Positions 1 to 5,811 of a stretch of DNA of 5,811 nucleotides are shown in pieces (the first letter of the stretch is position 1; each line of letters opens with the position of its first letter). Made by a program: the position numbers and the translations under genes. The notes under the pieces are model-generated. The model searched no databases. It was given only the letters and a program-made list of their open reading frames with translations, and was not told the origin of the DNA. The stretch comes from a virus (taxonomy: Duplodnaviria; Heunggongvirae; Uroviricota; Caudoviricetes): positions 1 through 5,811 of IMG/VR virus record IMGVR_UViG_2660238423_000013; one strand, given 5' to 3'.

Positions 1-2763
<2,763 letters not shown>

Positions 2764-2789
<26 letters not shown>

Positions 2790-3309
2790 TCAGCAACCCC
2801 GGTATCAGTTCATCCAGCGCGGCTGCTTTGTTCATGGCTTTGATGATATCCCGTTTCAGGAAATCAACATGTCGGTTTTCCAGTTCCGGAAAACGCCGCT
2901 GCACCGACAGGGGGATCCCGTCGAGAATACTGGCAATTTCACCTGCGATCCGCGACAGCACGAAAGTACAGAATGCGGTTTCCACCACTTCAGCGGAGTC
3001 TCTGGCATTTTTCAGCTCCTGTGCGTCGGCCTGCGCACGCGTAAGTCGATGGCGTTCGTACTCAATAGTCCCTGGCTGGAGATCTGTCTCGCTGGCCTGC
3101 CGCAGTTCTTCAACTTCCCGGCGCAGCTTTTCGTTCTCAATTTCAGCATCCCTTTCGGCATACCATTTTATGACGGCGGCAGAGTCATAAAGCACCTCAT
3201 TACCCTTGCCACCGCCTCGCAGAACGGGCATTCCCTGTTCCTGCCAGTTCTGAATGGTACGGATACTCGCACCGAAAATGTCAGCCAGCTGCTTTTTGTT
3301 GACTTCCAT
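2764..3309 (-). CDS. nu1: Terminase small subunit gpNu1 (181 aa; cosB-binding winged-HTH protein)
   Basis: The 181-aa product MEVNKKQLADIFGASIRTIQNWQEQGMPVLRGGGKGNEVLYDSAAVIKWYAERDAEIENEKL... matches lambda Nu1 in length and, by recollection, sequence. It sits immediately downstream of cosB/cosN on the minus strand, as in lambda. Confidence 0.95.
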
Positions 3310-3486
3310 TGTTCATTCCACGGACAAAAACAGAGAAAGGAAACGACAGAGGCCAAAAAGCTCGTTTTCAGCACCTGTCGTTTCCTTTCTTTTCAGGGGG
3401 TGTTTTAAATAAAAACATTAGGTTACGGCGAAGAAGAACGGAAACGCCTTAAACCGGAAAATTTTCATAAATAGCGAAAACCCGCG
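3310..3486 (-). promoter_or_regulatory. cosB: terminase (Nu1) binding region with R3, an IHF-site-like AT-rich segment, R2 and R1
   Basis: The reverse complement of 3310..3498 reads gggcggcgacctcgcgggttttcgctatttatgaaaattttccggtttaaggcgtttccgttcttcttcg...gaaaagaaaggaaacgacaggtgctgaaaacgagctttttggcctctgtcgtttcctttctctg, which matches the lambda left end as I recall it except for a few substitutions. R-element cores (ggaaacg / cgtttcc) lie at 3339-3348 (R1), 3375-3390 (R2, opposite orientation) and 3439-3446 (R3). The AT-rich segment at about 3395-3430 sits where lambda has IHF site I1. Confidence 0.85.
3334..3390. repeat. Perfect 16-bp inverted repeat pair, agaaaggaaacgacag (3334-3349) and ctgtcgtttcctttct (3375-3390): cosB R1/R2 elements
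   Basis: Direct inspection: the two 16-mers are exact reverse complements separated by 25 bp. They correspond to the gpNu1-binding R1 and R2 elements of lambda cosB. Confidence 0.85.
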
Positions 3487-3498
3487 AGGTCGCCGCCC
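3487..3498 (-). other. cosN: 12-nt cohesive-end sequence (GGGCGGCGACCT on the minus strand), terminase nicking site
   Basis: The + strand has aggtcgccgccc at 3487-3498, the reverse complement of GGGCGGCGACCT, which is the lambda 12-nt 5' overhang. The flanking ~60 bp at 3499-3560 (rc ...cattatcattttcgcgggtcctttccggcgatccgacaggttacgg) resembles the lambda right end where cosQ lies. Confidence 0.9.
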
Positions 3499-3750
3499 CG
3501 TAACCTGTCGGATCGCCGGAAAGGACCCGCGAAAATGATAATGGTTATCAGTTGCAGCAAATCCAGTTTCTTCCACCATCGCACCGGACCAGCGACCATG
3601 AGGGGACAACGCCGCGCTCCGTTTACGCGGTAAACCCCGGTGTGTATCGTTTTTGATTATCCCCGCACACTCGCGCAGAGTAGTCTCCCTGTCGGGCTGC
3701 GGTCTCTGTTAATGAGGGAATACAGCGACGATACGGCGCATCAGCAAAAC

Positions 3751-4218
3751 TTAGTTCAGGCACTGAGTGCGGATATAGTCCTGTGCCCCTTCCAGCTGCT
3801 TCTGCATTGTCATCAACCGTTCTCTGAGGATGAAATAATCCCGTGTAACGGTGTCTGCCAGTTGGGGGCCGGTTGCATTATCCACGCGGGCGGTGCCGGT
3901 GGCTTCACGCACGGGACCTGGACAGGTGGCGTTGATCCGCAGGCTGCGGTGACCAGCGGCAACGTCAGCGCGAAGAGTTTCATTTTCAGCTCTCGCATCG
4001 GCTAATTCCCTCGAGTATCTGGCATCAAGTGCAGCAACATCACGCTGGCGCTGCTGCATATCAGTAATGGTTGCATTTGCCAGCTCCAGCTCACTGACTT
4101 TTTTATCGCGCTGCTCTTTGTAGGTTATGGCGTTATCACGGTAATGATTCAGCCCCAGACTAAGCGCACCACAGGCCACCAGCAGGGCAATGATGACCAC
4201 GCACAGTACGCGGTTCAT
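3751..4218 (-). CDS. Rz: Rz i-spanin (inner-membrane spanin subunit, 155 aa)
   Basis: It has an N-terminal TM segment (MNRVLCVVIIALLVACGALSLGL) followed by NHYRDNAITYKEQRDKKVSELELANATITDMQQRQRDVAALDARYSRELADARAENETLRADVAAG..., clearly homologous to lambda Rz. The Rz1 frame is embedded within it. Confidence 0.9.
   Translation of the reverse strand: MNRVLCVVIIALLVACGALSLGLNHYRDNAITYKEQRDKKVSELELANATITDMQQRQRDVAALDARYSRELADARAENETLRADVAAGHRSLRINATCPGPVREATGTARVDNATGPQLADTVTRDYFILRERLMTMQKQLEGAQDYIRTQCLN
3813..3998 (-). CDS. Rz1: Rz1 o-spanin (outer-membrane lipoprotein spanin subunit, 61 aa), fully embedded in Rz in another reading frame
   Basis: MRELKMKLFALTLPLVTAACGSTPPVQVPCVKPPAPPAWIMQPAPNWQTPLHGIISSSENG has a signal peptide with a lipobox-like TAAC and a proline-rich mature region (CVKPPAPPAWIMQP), as in lambda Rz1. 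It sits out of frame inside Rz, the hallmark embedded spanin architecture. Confidence 0.85.
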   Translation of the reverse strand: MRELKMKLFALTLPLVTAACGSTPPVQVPCVKPPAPPAWIMQPAPNWQTPLHGIISSSENG

Positions 4219-4219
4219 T

Positions 4220-4318
4220 TCACCACCAGCGTATCTGACCGATGAAATAACCGGAGGCCATAATCACAAACACCCGCCAGATAAGAATGAACTTCCAGGT
4301 AGATAATTTTTCAGCCAT
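4220..4318 (-). CDS. Hypothetical small hydrophobic protein (32 aa from ATG at 4318; possibly 45 aa from an in-frame GTG at 4357); function unknown
   Basis: Not in the ORF track because it is under 60 aa. The minus strand reads ATG GCT GAA AAA ... TGG TGG TGA = MAEKLSTWKFILIWRVFVIMASGYFIGQIRWW. GGGAG lies 9 nt upstream of the ATG. An in-frame GTG 13 codons further upstream is preceded by AAGGAG at 5-nt spacing and would give MFDFSKLIREIRVMAEK.... The stop TGA ends 1 nt before the Rz ATG. There is one ~20-residue hydrophobic stretch. I recognise no homolog, and it could be a chance ORF. Confidence 0.3.
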   Translation of the reverse strand: MAEKLSTWKFILIWRVFVIMASGYFIGQIRWW

Positions 4319-4393
4319 CACTCGAATCTCCCGAATCAGTTTGCTAAAATCAAACACACTTTCTCCTTTGACTTTTCCAGAGTCAGGAAACAC

Positions 4394-4434
4394 AAAACCC
4401 CGCTTGCAGCCAACAAACGGGGTTTTTACTTTTA
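4394..4434. terminator. Intrinsic-terminator-like hairpin, potentially bidirectional, in the R-Rz spacer
   Basis: aaaacccCG (4394-4402) pairs with CGgggtttt (4418-4426), a 9-bp stem with 5 G:C pairs and a 15-nt loop. On the + strand it is followed by tacttttatt. On the minus strand the stem is followed by UUUUGUGUUUCC. Confidence 0.5.
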
Positions 4435-4516
4435 TTCACTTAGTTTTTGTCAGTTCGCAGGATTTCGTGTTATCCGTCCGTGTGAGCAAACCTCATTTTT
4501 CAGCAAAATATTCTTC

Positions 4517-5050
4517 TTATCTGTCGATTCCCCAGCACGCCAGCGCGCTCTCCTGGTCACGACGGGATACCTGACCGTAACAGTTGTTTGAACGAATACG
4601 GCAGTCTCTGCCACCGTCCTTAATCCACCAGCGAATCGCTTCGCAGGCACCTTTTCGATCACCTGCATTAATTCGTCTGTAAAACGTCGACGGGAAACAC
4701 TTACCGGGACCAATGTTGTACGGACAGAATGACGCGATCCCCGCTTTCTGGGGTTCGGTCAGCGGCACTTTGATGTTTTTCTCCACCCATGCCAGCGCCT
4801 TATCACGCTCAATGGCGTTAACCCGGTCGCATTTTTCCTTCGACAACTTCATGCCCGGAACGACAGGTTTACCATCCACCAAGATGGCACCGCGGCAGAT
4901 GGTCCAGATACCCGCACCATCACGGTATGCCGTGGTGTGGTTACCTTCCTTTTCATCCAGAAACTGGTCGAGGATTTCAGGCGCAGACGCCCCTGCACCA
5001 ATCAGCGCCAGAACGGCAGCCGACAGGCCGTATCTGATTTTTGCGTTCAT
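4517..5050 (-). CDS. R: Endolysin R: SAR-type phage lysozyme of the T4-lysozyme (GH24) family, 177 aa
   Basis: The N-terminus has a Gly/Ala-rich weakly hydrophobic segment (YGLSAAVLALIGAGASA) typical of signal-arrest-release domains. The catalytic E-x8-D-x5-T spacing (E in DEKEG, D in YRDG, T in IWTI) matches T4 lysozyme E11/D20/T26. Overall it resembles the 177-aa lysozymes of phage 21 / Qin (RrrQ) / Stx phages as I recall them. It is not the lambda R transglycosylase. Confidence 0.9.
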   Translation of the reverse strand: MNAKIRYGLSAAVLALIGAGASAPEILDQFLDEKEGNHTTAYRDGAGIWTICRGAILVDGKPVVPGMKLSKEKCDRVNAIERDKALAWVEKNIKVPLTEPQKAGIASFCPYNIGPGKCFPSTFYRRINAGDRKGACEAIRWWIKDGGRDCRIRSNNCYGQVSRRDQESALACWGIDR

Positions 5051-5100
5051 GGATATTTATCAGGATTTATCGATTTCAAATCCCTGGATATGTTAAGTCT

Positions 5101-5445
5101 TCAGGCCAGCGGTGGAGTCTTCAGAGAACCAGTAATTATTCCCGGTAGTTTTCCTCTGTAGGTTATCAACACATCCTGCGCCTCTAAAATGATGGGCCGC
5201 TTTTCCGGCAACGGACCATCCCCTTCACATAACCCGGCAGCAACATCCATGAAAAACTGCTTCGCCTGCTTTTTCGCCTCAGCTTCGTAAAACTCCAGCG
5301 TGGCTCCTTCAGTACGGTCAAGACTAATCGCCACATCTGGCAACAACAGTGACGGATACCCACCAATTTCCAGTGCCACAGTAACAGTAATCTTATCCGG
5401 GTAATTATTTATCCCTTTAACAACCAGTTCGTATTTTTTCTTCAT
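5101..5445 (-). CDS. Uncharacterised 114-aa protein located between holin and endolysin; probably the YdfR/DUF1327-type protein that occupies this slot in Qin-like prophages
   Basis: The ATG at 5445 is preceded by GGGGAGAG with 7-nt spacing, and this SD overlaps the S stop codon TAA (5450-5452), indicating translational coupling to S. The product MKKKYELVVKGINNYPDKITVTVALEIGGYPSLLLPDVAISLDRTEGATLEFYEAEAKKQ... is acidic, with no TM segment or signal peptide. Assignment to the YdfR family rests on gene position (essQ-ydfR-rrrQ order in E. coli K-12 Qin) and memory, not on a search. Confidence 0.75.
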   Translation of the reverse strand: MKKKYELVVKGINNYPDKITVTVALEIGGYPSLLLPDVAISLDRTEGATLEFYEAEAKKQAKQFFMDVAAGLCEGDGPLPEKRPIILEAQDVLITYRGKLPGIITGSLKTPPLA

Positions 5446-5449
5446 CGCT

Positions 5450-5665
5450 TTACTCTCCCCGCGCCGCCTTACGACGGTCCTCTCTGATTTTGAAATACAG
5501 GTTAGTAAGATACGTCAGCAGGCCAAACAGCAGACTCCCCAGCACACCTATCGCCACCCACTGGGACGGAGAGACTTTGTCCAGCAGCTGCAGTAACCAG
5601 TATCCCGTCCCCACCGCTGACGTGGTGTATGACACACCCGTTGTGATTTTTTCCATCTGGTACAT
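5450..5665 (-). CDS. S: Holin S, class II pinholin of the phage-21 S21 type, with dual-start motif (71 aa from ATG 5665; 68 aa from ATG 5656)
   Basis: [71 protein letters not shown] has two TMDs and a charged C-terminus, closely resembling S21 as I recall it. GGGAG lies 8 nt upstream of the first ATG. The longer ORF-track version (5450..5776, 108 aa) is an unsupported upstream extension that runs through the terminator hairpin. Confidence 0.9.
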   Translation of the reverse strand: MYQMEKITTGVSYTTSAVGTGYWLLQLLDKVSPSQWVAIGVLGSLLFGLLTYLTNLYFKIREDRRKAARGE

Positions 5666-5726
5666 ACCCCGTCTCCCGTTATCCGTAACCGGCTCATTTA
5701 AACCGTCTGGTCTGTTTCCTCCGGCT

Positions 5727-5763
5727 CTACAAAAATAATGTCCATCATTTTTAATGGACACTA
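5727..5763 (-). terminator. tR'-like intrinsic terminator in the late-operon leader upstream of S
   Basis: The minus strand reads ...tagTGTCCATtaaaaatgATGGACAttatttttgtagag. It forms a 7-bp perfect stem (extendable to 10 bp with a G:U pair), an 8-nt loop, and a U-rich tract UUAUUUUUGU. It lies ~65 nt upstream of the S start, where lambdoid phages place the tR' terminator that Q antiterminates. Confidence 0.5.
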
Positions 5764-5811
5764 TCGTATGAAACACCGGACCTGGATCACTGAAGCTTTA
5801 CGTCTTCACCG

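Noticed and set aside
2828-3408. Plus-strand ORFs 2828..3190 (120 aa) and 2869..3408 (179 aa), and minus-strand ORF 3168..3374 (68 aa)
   Set aside because: They are antisense to or overlap Nu1 and run into the cosB protein-binding region. Composition is not protein-like. Nu1 fully accounts for this interval.
3418-3609. Minus-strand 63-aa ORF spanning cosN
   Set aside because: It has a non-ATG start, crosses the terminase nicking site and the cosB/cosQ elements, and would be severed in every packaged genome. It occupies a region that is non-coding in lambda.
3640-4005. Plus-strand 121-aa ORF antisense to Rz/Rz1
   Set aside because: No RBS, Gly/Cys/His-rich composition, and it lies entirely opposite the conserved spanin genes. 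Judged a chance antisense frame.
4287-4574. Plus-strand 95-aa ORF across the R-Rz spacer
   Set aside because: It reads straight through the terminator hairpin and into the antisense of R. It is Ser/Ile/Phe-rich and low-complexity, and the nearest SD-like GGAGG lies ~30 nt from its ATG.
4450-5161. Minus-strand ORF 4450..4713 (87 aa) and plus-strand ORFs 4713..5096 (127 aa) and 4937..5161 (74 aa), overlapping R
   Set aside because: They are out of frame or antisense to the well-supported endolysin gene, with no independent signals.
5184-5366. Minus-strand 60-aa ORF nested inside the 114-aa gene
   Set aside because: It is in an alternate frame of a gene that has a strong SD and coupling to S. 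The product is Arg/Cys/Trp-rich and looks spurious.
5490-5776. Plus-strand 82-aa ORF antisense to S, and the 37-codon N-terminal extension of the S ORF (5666..5776)
   Set aside because: The extension begins inside the tR'-like hairpin and has no RBS, whereas the MYQMEK start has a GGGAG SD and matches the S21-type holin N-terminus. The antisense ORF has no support.

Overview
This window is one contiguous late-region segment of a lambda-like (lambdoid) phage or prophage, with every supported gene on the minus strand. Reading the minus strand 5' to 3' (window end towards window start): a tR'-like terminator in the late-operon leader, an S21-type pinholin S with a dual start, a 114-aa uncharacterised ORF translationally coupled to S, a SAR-type T4-lysozyme-family endolysin R, a ~300-bp spacer holding a hairpin terminator and a small hydrophobic ORF, nested spanin genes Rz and Rz1, an intact cos site (cosN 12-mer plus cosB R-elements), terminase small subunit Nu1, terminase large subunit A, head-tail joining protein W, and the 5' part of portal gene B, which runs off the window start. 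The Nu1-A-W-B module and cos closely match phage lambda as I recall it, while the lysis cassette is of the phage 21 / Qin / Stx-phage type, so the element is mosaic. I see no CRISPR array, tRNA, rRNA, IS element or integrase. I do not see compelling evidence of a novel multi-gene system. The best follow-up candidates are the small membrane ORF and hairpin in the R-Rz spacer and the uncharacterised ORF between holin and endolysin. All homology statements are from memory of reference proteins, not from a database search.
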